From a virus (lineage: Duplodnaviria > Caudoviricetes): 27,472 bases of DNA. A program made the translations under genes and the position numbers. Below the pieces are notes generated by a model. It was not told where the DNA came from, did no database searches, and worked only from the letters and a program-made list of their open reading frames with translations. The stretch lies in the IMG/VR virus record IMGVR_UViG_3300037634_004572, positions 1-27,472 of that record, one strand, 5' to 3'. Positions 8,901-19,700 of this stretch are shown in pieces. The first letter of the stretch is position 1. The number at the start of each line of letters is the position of its first letter.

Positions 8901-9649
8901 AAATGTACGGGGCCGGCCCAAACTTTCTCGTTTGACATTAAAAAGATACTAGCAGAATCTGGGACTGCGCTGTCTCTTATAATAGCTTCCGATACGGTTG
9001 TGCCTTGTATAAAATTCTGATTTGGCCTAGCATACTTCCTTTTAGTTAAGGCCACTTCTCTTATATCTACAAAAACACCAGCAAACACAGACAAATCTTT
9101 TGGCTTGTAGTTCTCTATATCAAAATTAGTAGTATAAGTCACACAATAGGTTGATTTAAAATCGATTGTCTCTTTTTTCTGTTCGTGAAGTGTTGACCCG
9201 GGGTTCTTCCTTAAATCAATTATCTTTTCTATTATTTTGTTTTTATTCTTGAGGAGTTTTAAGGCACGAGGAGTAAACCCACCATTCTCAAGTCTTTGTA
9301 TATTTTTCGAACCCTTGCATACGACCACCCTTAGCTTCAAAAACTCTAATACTTTTTCATTATCAAACCAATGTGTTTTACCATTTTCTCTAAATTCGTC
9401 CTTCAGTGCGATTTCAACTTGTATTTTTAGAGAACGACTTGAAAATGACTTGTCATTAAGTCTAAGTGGATTTCTTCTTGGCCTTGTTTTACCATATTTA
9501 TCTTTCTCGTAATTCTCCTCCTGCTCTTCATCATAAGACTTTCCTGATCTTTTGCCAGGTGATGCAGAAGGTAGGATAGAAACTTTTCTTATGTATATAT
9601 TTGGTAAAGCAGTGTCAAAAACACCAGAAAAATCTACTCGCATAGCCAT
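5921..9649 (-). CDS. Large basic uncharacterised phage protein, 1242 aa (probably structural)
   Basis: Uninterrupted ORF with SD GAGAAGGA at 9659-9666. Lys/Arg-rich N-terminal two thirds, a His motif WAGPVH...YMAGAFH...H and a low-complexity tail ending RRGGY. No family recognised. Confidence 0.6.
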   Translation of the reverse strand: MAMRVDFSGVFDTALPNIYIRKVSILPSASPGKRSGKSYDEEQEENYEKDKYGKTRPRRNPLRLNDKSFSSRSLKIQVEIALKDEFRENGKTHWFDNEKVLEFLKLRVVVCKGSKNIQRLENGGFTPRALKLLKNKNKIIEKIIDLRKNPGSTLHEQKKETIDFKSTYCVTYTTNFDIENYKPKDLSVFAGVFVDIREVALTKRKYARPNQNFIQGTTVSEAIIRDSAVPDSASIFLMSNEKVWAGPVHFQEKDGVGRYMAGAFHTPFPHPPLEEKIISNFIINDYRLLSRARTAKLLLKPARKKHPKMKENKSARQMRKPFKNAYITEPEYSFNKHNELRFIFHLNFYKTIVEKSQFGRMVDTLDPKARKKVLSGSKIKNLRVFRHRVEPGLRRNDPVLVDYEDRTEMVAFSRDNNKNVLRSRRMTRPGEPDMADSEEIVTGGIKELDLAFVRDRGIRTYTVSDFGMATRTDGTYTHSVEFEIEDGTIPFVEGELNKLMEAKRLMVEYYTAATRRENYDFSTGHFKQKFINEVVNAYPIPEQGQILNNSKNRRSQFIQKGIARAPWITSISTYVDIMNNLTNIEPAEALRLGNLLHNLTDPNVGTLDGLERTLNLFERLENKITKVLGKKHRMINEYDFNTRTTAYKSKSVSKTSIHLKKHFKKTHRSDVQNFVGYDYLGVPERRNLGLQAISVARFQRRMSQEHLKYFNVNPTFEDNARISEEEGESGANAIRDFTQFINLEDSYYSYLTPAKIHFGQDNVLRLLRRGPRLWRASPYNAMLTSILACTNVPDQLGGEGTATSMSPRTSNMTKLKPPVSFGSAHQSSVSKVDKETLTTNVASSVVMSSLGTMIMSPTAFAKLELATDLSEGLEEELVSGIDPKEVMGTDTKFATDALETEDPAAITMELIDEEDLSHISSVFARNSISFGSDQPIIKKQRSIKSLRASNPKNIVDKFLSKSLDKQENSVAKKNAFFRRVPNQIKSIFLSENSKTNRNWFDILEAKGEDLLKSPLLAGLYYFNYAHMNQIQILVGFGRDKNGGTVLTDPIYARLTKKQLDRVIKSSRPALCRMRSWQQFNGIIKKSEKLKLPEFNQHFLLRAPPKNLGAPEPLGVGDEIEEPTAPDVEEESTEEGIFITRLVEYEDLNSTGAQVLRRLLRRTRGLSGLMPEFTTTAIVRQPNIYSRVGTKFGMYPAKKIDKETPSGVVAAMAGQRAAGPVRRTSAPTTRGPMTTRGPRRGGY
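5939..5971. repeat. Short tandem duplication, 15-nt unit ggggccgcgggttgt with 18-nt period
   Basis: Copies at 5939-5953 and 5957-5971; encodes PTTRGPMTTRGP near the C-terminus of the 1242-aa protein. Confidence 0.8.
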
Positions 9650-9672
9650 AAATAAAAATCCTTCTCTTTAAA

Positions 9673-9680
9673 TAAATAGT
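9673..9680 (-). promoter_or_regulatory. ACTATTTA box, putative phage late promoter
   Basis: Exact copy 23 nt upstream of the ATG at 9649 and 6 nt before the SD. Confidence 0.65.
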
Positions 9681-9686
9681 TGATTA

Positions 9687-10751
9687 TTAATAATCTGGGC
9701 AGTCTTCATCAATTGCGTCGGAACCATAAATATCGACGCCGATCGGGGTCATTAAGTCGGGGCAAACAATCTCTAGATCTGTAAACAAGCTTTCGCCTTT
9801 TCGGGCAAGTTCGGCCATGGCTCGACATAAAGTATTCTCATCTATTTCGTCGTCAACATTGATATCAAAATAATACTGAACAAAAGTGGGATCCACATCT
9901 GGTGGGGCACCTGTTAACCGGCCGGCAGCGATTTCTGCTTCCCTGGTATCTAACAAAATATTATTTTTTACCATTTCAAGCGGTTTAATAAAAGATAACG
10001 GCTCTAATACTGTTTCGCCAAGAGGGCCAACCTGTTTCGTTATCTCATAAACCTCAATGTCAAAATTTCTGTAGTCGAAAGGAGCGCTCTCTTCTTCTAT
10101 AATAAAAATTATCTGGGCCGGGCCCACAACTACCGAATATCCATCTGCGTATTTATTACCCGGGGTCAAGGCCGGGTCGACTTGAAAAGATATTTCTGGG
10201 CTTAGGGGATCGGACACAACCGAGATTTGAAATGTCACGTCTATATCGATCTGCGGAATCTTTAAAAGCTGTTGCGAGTATGCGGTGGTGGATACAAAAG
10301 GAAGATTCGCCGTCCGGACGGAACCCGTCATATTATGTTCGACCTTGTTGATTTCTCCTTCCAAAAACTGCATTGTATACGCCGGCGTTTTGGTTGATCC
10401 TAAAGTTGTTGTGCCTAAAGACATTGGCATAACATTTAGTTTTTCATATGTTCCGAGACGCGAGGATTTCCGGCGGCCGCCGACATGCACATCGTCCGGT
10501 GACAGCTCAAAAAGATATTCGTCGCAACCTGTAAAGTTACCCTGTGTCCTTAAAAGAGGAGTTTCATCTTGTATTCTTGTCTCGGCAGAGTTTTTGCTTT
10601 CAGTTACACCACCATATTGTGCGTCATAAAGAACATTGTCATCAAAAAAAGCATAATAAGCTGGTTTCCAAGAACCTCTAGAGAGGAGGTTGCGGCCATG
10701 TTTTGTAATCTGAACGTCTAGAACATCTTCTTTTGGATTGAAAAACTTCAT
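9687..10751 (-). CDS. Putative baseplate/fibre attachment protein, 354 aa, DUF3751-like N-terminal half; paralog of 2656..3594
   Basis: N-terminus MKFFNPKEDVLDVQITKHGRNLLSRGSWKPAYYAFFDDNVLY aligns by eye with the 312-aa protein. It lies immediately after the gp7/gpI-like gene (ATGA overlap), the slot of P2 gpH or T4 gp8. Acidic, with a Cys-containing C-terminus. Confidence 0.62.
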   Translation of the reverse strand: MKFFNPKEDVLDVQITKHGRNLLSRGSWKPAYYAFFDDNVLYDAQYGGVTESKNSAETRIQDETPLLRTQGNFTGCDEYLFELSPDDVHVGGRRKSSRLGTYEKLNVMPMSLGTTTLGSTKTPAYTMQFLEGEINKVEHNMTGSVRTANLPFVSTTAYSQQLLKIPQIDIDVTFQISVVSDPLSPEISFQVDPALTPGNKYADGYSVVVGPAQIIFIIEEESAPFDYRNFDIEVYEITKQVGPLGETVLEPLSFIKPLEMVKNNILLDTREAEIAAGRLTGAPPDVDPTFVQYYFDINVDDEIDENTLCRAMAELARKGESLFTDLEIVCPDLMTPIGVDIYGSDAIDEDCPDY

Positions 10752-13700
10752 CTTTCATCCTCTTCCGGTGTTATATCTAGTAGTCTCTTCTTTCTTTGCT
10801 TGGTTCTTTCTTTTAGGGCTTCTTCGGCGGCAGCGCGCTTCTTGTTTCTTGTTCGTATGGCTCGCTTGGTAGGTTGAAAAGTAACCTCCGCATCTATTTC
10901 AGCCAACTCAACCAAAGAGAAGAAGTCATATGGCCAATTATATGTGTAGAATGGCACATCAGACACGAGTGGTACCTCGGTCGTTTCAACTATATCTGGA
11001 GTATCCGGACCAGTAAGAGTAGTGGTGGTCTTCTTCTCAACTGTCCTGCCTATCGACTGGAAGTAATCCGTCTTCGCCCTTTGTTTAACCTTGAACACCA
11101 TCCATTGTAATTTTTCGGGGAACTCTTTTAATCGCAAGTCTATTTTTTTGGGTATATCTCGGCCCTTCGCTAGCGCGTAATCGATTGAGACCTCCCCGTC
11201 CCAACCAAGTAGTTCATTAACCAACAGTGGGTGCCTTACCCAAGTCATTGCGGCCTGTGGGTTTGTGCCCAACTTTGGTGGTAGGTTCTGCCATATGTGA
11301 GACAAATCGTTTCTTGTAAATTTATGAGAGAATTCAAAAACATACATTGCAACTGCCGGCACATCGATAATACCATGTTCCGGATTGTTATGTACGAAAT
11401 CAAAAGACGGTGGGAATACATATTTCTTTAACATCTTCTCCAGTCTTTTGATGCTTTTGCCGGCCATCTTATCGTCACCGTCGGCTTTATATAATGTTGT
11501 ATTTGGCGTTGGAATGTTAAAGAACCTTCTTTCACCGTTTACTTCAATAAACGGCACGGCAACGACTGCCTCAAAGACCTTCTTACGATATCTTAGTTCA
11601 CCAACCCTTTTCGGATCGGTTGAAAAACCACATATATCTACCAACGATTTCGGCCTCTCTGTTACAGGGGCATTGTTCTGGTCGTTGCCGAGATCACCGA
11701 CCATATTCTGTGGTAGCCGGTAGCCAGAGAGCGCCGATGGGATTCCCGCAGTTTCTGTATTAGCGGCTGTTTGAGAAAATGCATTTCTCCTATCAAAATG
11801 GCCGCCTGGATCAAAAATTACCGAGCTAGAGGGCTGGTTCGTCAACCATTCATCTGGAATGTCAGATAGTTGAATATAAACTCCTTCGTCTCCGCGAGGG
11901 AGGCGCCCGAATTGGTGCCACATCCCACGAGGAATTGTATTATTTACTGCTCCGGCAGTCACCGTTGCGGTTGATTTCGTTATATCTGCGTCTGCAAGAT
12001 AATTAAAGTTTAACATTGGGGTTTCAAATTTCGTTTGTATTTTCCAACGGGAGCGTCCTTTCTTATCTACAAACTTCTCGAATATATTTAAACTTGAATC
12101 GCCCTGCATGGACCAAATGTTCGCCCATGGGCCGGCCATGGGGCCCGACCTCGCGCTGATATCGTGATAGGTTGAATTGGGAATTTTTTCTTTTGGGCCG
12201 GCGGTGGAGTCGCGAGTGAGGGCCTCTTGATCAAAGCGCCAATATCTAACATAAGTTCCGCCGGCGCCGATGCGTGCATCGTGAACGCCATCCTCTGATA
12301 AACCTCCTATACTCACGCCTGGTGTTATGCTTGGAATGAGTGACAGAGTGTGCAAATCATCAACTGTGGGTTTAACAGGATCCGTATTATCATATGAAAA
12401 TATAACATTACCAGCAACGGAGGCCGAAGCAAAGGACCTGTAGGGATAATAAATAATGTCGATCCAAGCTTCACCGTCATAATATGGAGGAGTATGAGAT
12501 GCATACACACCATTAGCCGGTGAAAATTCATGAGAACCAGTTATACCGTAAGTAGACACGCCCGCTAACTTCACCGAGTCATCCGCGTCTGCTATCTCCA
12601 CGGTGGCGACGGGGGGGCCAAAAGCAGACGGGCGACTATACATCGTAAAATTAGTTTTCGAAGAACCAGATATATATTGTGGAATCGGGTATGAACCCCA
12701 GGAACCGGTTGGAGGATTAACCGAGCCTGTCTCTAACGAACGGTAGATTTTGATCCTCATACCATAAGGCTGTCCCGCGGTCATTGCTTCAAATTCCTCC
12801 TCCGGAAGGGATTTAAAGGTAGTGGGGCGCCCATTTTTCATAAAGAAATTTGTTGTTTCTGCCAAGAAATTATGCATCATATTTGTATAGTTTTTATTTG
12901 ACGAAGCGAAAACACTACCCCACGATGCGGTTATATCCATTCCAGCAAAATCTGTGGGTTCATCATTAACTATACTTTTACCATAAATATATTTTGTTGG
13001 CTCAACTAATGCCTCAAATGGCACTCTATAATCCCAACCATCATTGTGTGTACGCCCCGGATTGGTAAACTGTTCGAGGGCAGTAGTGTTGTTTCTAGAA
13101 TAATATCTAGAATTACTACCTATGGCATAAGAAGCAGTAACTTTATATCTGTTGCCCACGTCGCCGTCGGCCGAACCTGTATATTTATATTGTCGGTGAG
13201 TTGTAATGGAGCCCGTCATAATTGGATAATCAACAGCCATGCCAGACTTGATTGTATTATAAAAAATACCAGGCGAGAAGAAAGGCTTCATTAAAGTATG
13301 AAGAGCGCGGTGTCCATCCCCCGAGGACGGCGCGTCGGTGCCGACCGTATTAACATCGGGACCGAAGGACTTAGAGAATTGAGTAGCCAACTGTAGTGAT
13401 CGTTCGGCCGGATAAAAACCATCATAAGGTATAAACTTTTTAATTGCTTTACATCTTAGTTTTATTTCTGAGGGTTCTAGAATGCCTCCCTGCTTTTTAC
13501 CGTCGCGGGCAACAACTTCAAAATATTTCATAAAATCTGAGTTAGTGAATATTGTAAAGAAGTCATCTTCAGCACTATTCTGCGGCAATCGGGATTCCGT
13601 TGGTACACCGGCAATAGTTAAGAATTTTGAGTTTTCCTCTAAAAAGTTTCCACCACTAAGGTCATAAAAATCTAAATGTTCTGAAATTCTGAACTCTGGG

Positions 13701-16700
13701 ATAATGGAATAGCTCTTTCCTTTTGGCTTAACGTCTGCGAAATATTCATCGTAACTATCATAAAATGGATTTACAGAAGCCGAAACAAATATACTAGAAG
13801 TTCCCTTATAGCGGCCCGCGAGAGTGGGAGTATCCCAATGCGCTTCGCCGGATCCTATAGAAGCAGTAGGAAGCATTTGTGCATTTGATGCTCCTACGGT
13901 CACACTTATTTTTTCTTTCATATCGTGAATTCGAGACACAGAACTAGAAAATGGGAAAATGTGTTTTCTTGCATATAAGGCCCCTGGTCGGCGCAAAGCA
14001 CTTCTAACTGTGAAAGACGAACCAAGAGGCTCTTGCTGTACAAAGTGTGTATATTTATTTTGTAGCTCCCCGGGGGAGTATCCTGTCGCATCATTTGCCA
14101 CTATACCCCCGGTTGCAGCAAGGAAAGCTTCGCCGGCATTCTTCGCCTGCTCGTTGGTTGCAAAAAGTTCACCCGCATCCAGGGCCCACGCACTCTGGTT
14201 AACCGACCAGCCAGCACTATTTGTTATCTTCTTGGACGCAGCTTTGGTGGTTCTGTCGGCTCTCAGGTCCCTCCAGAAGTTATTTTCGTAGTTTGTTCGT
14301 CCGCGGATCTTTTCAGTATGACTGTATTTTGCAGATGGATATACCGTTTCTCTATATTTTAATTTTTTAATCTGAACTATTGGGCTGTCTTCATCGAGGA
14401 AGCTCTCGTGTATATTGTAATCATCAATAATTTGTTTGTAAGACGTTCTAGACATGGCCCTATGAACTTTTTGTGGACTGACTAATTCCTTTGCGAAATC
14501 GTTATCATCGAAAAGGAAAATATCATTGACAAAAGAAGTTTTAACAACTATATCTGATGTTCTCAAAATTCTGCCATTAGTCTCACCAGTACGCACTTCC
14601 AATTCGTAAACAATTGGATAATATCTTTGGGTGACAACAGACTGCGTTGCGCTGATTGTTGTCCCATTAGATTGTCTAATTGTTTTTGTCCCATCAGGCA
14701 CCTCAACTGTTACAACATCTCCTCTATCCGGCGTATGGGTATATACATTATTTTTGCGATAATGTCTAGCCAGTTGACCCTGGCCGATGCGAATTTGTTT
14801 CCAAGTTGAATAGCCATAAGGGCCGCCTCTATAATGTATTATACCATTAAAAGTGGCGGCGCGGGTCGCTACGTTGTCCGTCATGTTCTGAATGAAAGAA
14901 TTGGGATTTGCTCCTACAGCCGCATCTCCAATGTCTCCATGGTTAATATAATTTTTCACATCTTTGGTGAGAGGAAACCCTACTGTATATTGATTGGGCC
15001 TAATTTTATCTATTATGTTGGTATTCATACCAACATAATTATTAGGTACGAAAGTGCCGGCTAGATAAGAATCGTCTTTTTGTTGAATAATTCGATCGCC
15101 GCCGCTGCTGTAGCCGGAACCATTTTCGCTGGCGCTAGCGAAGTTAACCGCACTAACATAGCTATAGCCCACAGAACTTGATACTCTTGCAAGACCATCA
15201 TAAGGAAAATATCCTATAATATTATTTGCGGCGCCGAGTTCGGCATCAAACCTGTCTGTTGATGCTGTAATCCACGAATACTGGAAGTCGGAGCGCGGGA
15301 TCATATGCCTGACGTAATAGTTGTCATGGACTGAAGCCGACACAACCGGATTAGCATCTGTAGATCCACTCTCAAGCCTTATTAGGGAATTACGATGTAT
15401 CTTATGATAGCTCGCCGTGACACCAGTGTAGTCGGCAACAGAAACTGCTGAACCAGATCTCAACCCAAAACGCTCACTTCTTTCTGTTAAAAGAGTTTGA
15501 AGTGGCTGCCTAACTGTTGTATTTCTATAGTTCAAGTTGTTATATGGAGAGTATTGGCCTGACTCGTAATCTAAGCCAGCGCCGCCAATGGTATCGCCAG
15601 CGACCTCTGGTCCGCCGGGTGCGGAGAAGCGTTCCACAATAACGTGCTCTCTGCGCGTCCTAGTGGGCTTAGCGTAGTCCACAAGGCCTCCGACGTACCC
15701 AAGCAGGTCTGTCGTGATGGACGCCGTAGAGAAGCCCTCAGACTTCACAAACTCGCTGTTGTTTGTCCGGCGATCTGATGTCTGGACGACTTCATAGCGC
15801 TTGTTAAAGTTACCCAGCTTAACGGAAGCAGTAGTATGCTGAATATTCTTGATATTAAACGGCCGTTTGGCGATCTGATCTCTGCGGTATTGTGGAGAAG
15901 TAGAAGGCTGAACGAAAGTTGAGTCATTTGACCTAAATCTCCCATTATTGAGATGCCACGCTTCGGGCCTGTTAACCGAGGAAGTAAGCGTGGGATCGAT
16001 TGTAATATCAACATGTCTGTGCCTATGGCCGCCGACATGTTCTTGCGGGAACGGGCCCTGCATCGGAACATCATAGTCATCACCATAAGAATCATTGTGA
16101 AGACCAGCATATTCGTCGCCACTAGTGGCTGATCTGTATCCTGTGCTGCCGGCAGAGGAACTATAAACTACAGCAGGGAGACCAAACTTGTTTGTGGCAT
16201 AGGAATTTGAATCTAAATTCTCGGTTATAAGCTGCGCAGGGAACTTACGCTTTGTCTGTATAATCGGAGGGCCGGCCTCGGCGATGTTTATGTCCTTAAA
16301 ACTACCTTTGGTGGCGTCATACCTATCTGTGGTCGAACCTCGTTTAATAATAGAAAAAAGAGCATCAGGTTTTTGGCCCCTTGGGTAGTTGTAGCCGCCG
16401 CCGATCTGCGTTGATATATTGATAGTCGTCCTTAATGAGTTCGTAAATCTTCTTATTGCATAGGTGGATCCTTCATATACTCCCGTGGGGCCCGCTCCGG
16501 TATTGAATTTCTCGGCCGAAGCAGAATTAAAACTAAGAATAATGTCATTTATTGATTGGCGCGCCGAATCGATTGATGTGGCGACATTAAAGCCCGGGTT
16601 GGATCGTTCGGAACGTTCCTTCCACCAGCGGGCGCCTGTGGTCTGGTCACTATCAAGGTGAACATGACGGATCGGCGCGTGGCCATATTGCCAGTTATAA

Positions 16701-19700
16701 GTTAGCTCATTAATACCTTTGACTCTCGCCTCAAGTTTGGTGCCACCCCCAGAGTCATCAGCGCCCCAACGTTCGTTACCCTTATAATCAAGCATTGGGT
16801 ATTGATGACGATACTTGCTCCTCTCTAAAATGTGATCTTCAACCATTACACGGATGTCTTCTGAAACGTCCGCGGAGGCGGGAACAAATTGCTGCAAGAA
16901 AATTATAAGTGAAGCATCAATCCATTTGTAGAAATCAATAAACTTGTCGAGATCCGGATCATTCTGGATCTTTTCAAAGAACATCTCCCGAAGCAGCCTT
17001 AAACCCTTATAGTCATCTCTATATTTGTGTGTAACTTCGCCTATCAAATTATTAAATTCAGTAATTGTTCCAAACATATTCACCATTTCTTGCGAAATGA
17101 CGCCATACATGCTCTTTTCAAAAGCAAAGAACATTTGTGAAACAGCCGGATCTCTAGGGAACAACTCATCGTCGCGAGAGAGAACGTTGACTGCATCATC
17201 CATGCTCAATACTTCTGGCAGCCTTTGTTTCCTATCGGAGAGATATTCTTTACTAATCATATTTGTAGAAGAAACAGAATTCGGGAAATATCCTCTACCT
17301 GAATATTGGTTTGCTATAATGTGTGAAATATTGCCGTCATTATTATAACGGCCTTGTAGAGAAGTCGAACCACTGGCTGCATCTTCAACAGTAAAAATAC
17401 CCGAACTATCCGAGCCGGTTACCTGTGAGAAGTCCCAGTGTAGTGCGAGCGCGGACGCGTTTAGAAGTGTTGTATTATCAGCATCACTGCCGGCGCTGTT
17501 GCCCATGAATACAGCATTTCTACTTGGATGTAGAGTACCCACATTATCAGAGTCTTTGGCATGTTGTATTATAACACTGTCTTCAAGATAAGTGGCCCAA
17601 TGGCGTAAAGACGAAACCCTTACATCTGATTTGACTAGCACTGAACTAGTATTGTCGGTTCTGCTCGCGCCGACATAATAACGGCGCTCGTCTTGTAGAA
17701 ATTCGTCATCTAATGAACTTGCAGTCAACAAGAAATTGTTTTTTATTATACCATGCTCTACATTAACTCCATACCACTCAAGAACAACTTTATCACTAGT
17801 GCTAGAACCTGTCAGGCCGTTGGCATAAGGCCACTTTTTATGCTTAAAGCGAACTGCAAAATTCCATTTCTGGTTGTCATATACATTACTATATGCCGAA
17901 CTTGTCAGATTAAACGAGCCGGCGGGGCTCTTAAGATGGAAATACACATGAGGCGAATTAAGGCTTGTTTTCACGGCATATAATTGAACACTTTTATCGT
18001 TCGCCGCTAAGGCAGGCCATCCGTGATCATTTGGATCGGCGGCTGCATGGTGGTACCCGAAAACCGAAGAGCTTACGAATGGTGTATCAAAGTAAGCGCT
18101 GTCAACAAACTCAAGCTTTTTAGGAAATACAACTTCTATTTCTGCTGTGTTTGCAAAATATTTATTTGTCCCGGATATATGAGTTATTCCTGTTGTTTCA
18201 GCATTTGTAGAAGACGAATTTTGATATACAACCCCAGTAAACCGGTCTGGGTGGTTGAAATCTACAAAGTTCTTTCGAACAGTTGACGCATAATCTGTAT
18301 CTTCAAATTTGAAAGTGGTATTGTTTCCGTAAGCATTAAACTTTACTATTTCATCGCCGATACCATAACAGCGTATCAAGTTTCGAAATGCCTTTTCGGT
18401 TCCCTTTGACTTGTATAGATAAATAAGATTGTTGTAAATGTTTTTATAAATAAGGTTTTTTACATCATGCAAATCAAGTTCGTATTTCCTATCAGACCTG
18501 CGATTTGCAAATCGCTCTAATAAGTCGGCATCGACAAAAATCTCCGGAACCGCTAGGCCGCGAGAACTTAAAAGATTCTTCATAAATGGCGTAGGCTTGT
18601 TGCTCGAACTTAAATAAGTATTGTCTATCAGTGTCGGAAGCGCTTCGACTTGTAAATGAAGCGTATCTAGGTAAGAACCAATTATTTGAGTTAATTTCTT
18701 AAGATCTCCCGACCCTTCTGCTTCCTCTTGATCAATAATCCATCCCGGGATCGAATCTATGATGGAAGCCTGATTTTCATAATCAAAAACACTGCCCGTT
18801 GCAGAAAGCTCATTGTAAAGGCTTACTACATCCGGATGCGTAGAATATATAATCGGATCTTTGTATTCTACTGTGCCAGATACTACTGCCGAAGAAGACA
18901 CTATAGCAGAGCCAACATTTCTGGCCGATGAACCAGGGTAGTTGGTCCAGGCACCATTTGAGATGCGGCCGGAGTAATCAAGAGCCACAGAGTCGATGGA
19001 GGAGGTGCCTACAATGCCCTCATTAAACTTGTAATACACACCGAGTTCTGCGTTGGCCACTTCATTATTTGTGCCTCCGCGAACTTGTGTCCACCAATTA
19101 TGTTGAATATCTTTTTCGGTTCGTTTTGTTTTCCAATAACGGAACTCATCAATGGATCCGGAATAAGCATTTGATCCGGGGCCCATAGTTCCATCGTCGG
19201 AGATGCGCGGTGAACCGGATACAGTAGTCGCCAAAGTACCGATATATCCTATAAGCGATCCAGTAATTTCACCAAAAGTTTCAATAGAAGTGTTAGTATT
19301 AGTTTGTTGTAGCTTTCCATTTAGATAAAAACTTGCATCAAACTGAGAGGCTCCTGTCACAAAAGTTAATGCGATATGATTCCATGTGTCGGTCAAAGAA
19401 GAAGTTAAAGTAGTTGAACCGCCGAATTCCATATCCCACACATTGGAACCAGAGGCTAAATGGACTTGTATTGGGTTTTGATCATCTCCACTACCAGACA
19501 AGTAAATCAGCAAACGACCATAATCAGCACTTGACGATGCGGCGCCGTTCCATTGATCATAAATAATTTGCGCCTGCGGGCGAGATGGAGTGTGGCTTGA
19601 TTGAGGCCAGTCAGAATTTACATTTAACCAAAATTCTGTCGTGACACCGTTTGAGAGGCTAAATTTTAAATTCGACTCTCGGGTTCCAACTCGATCTAGA

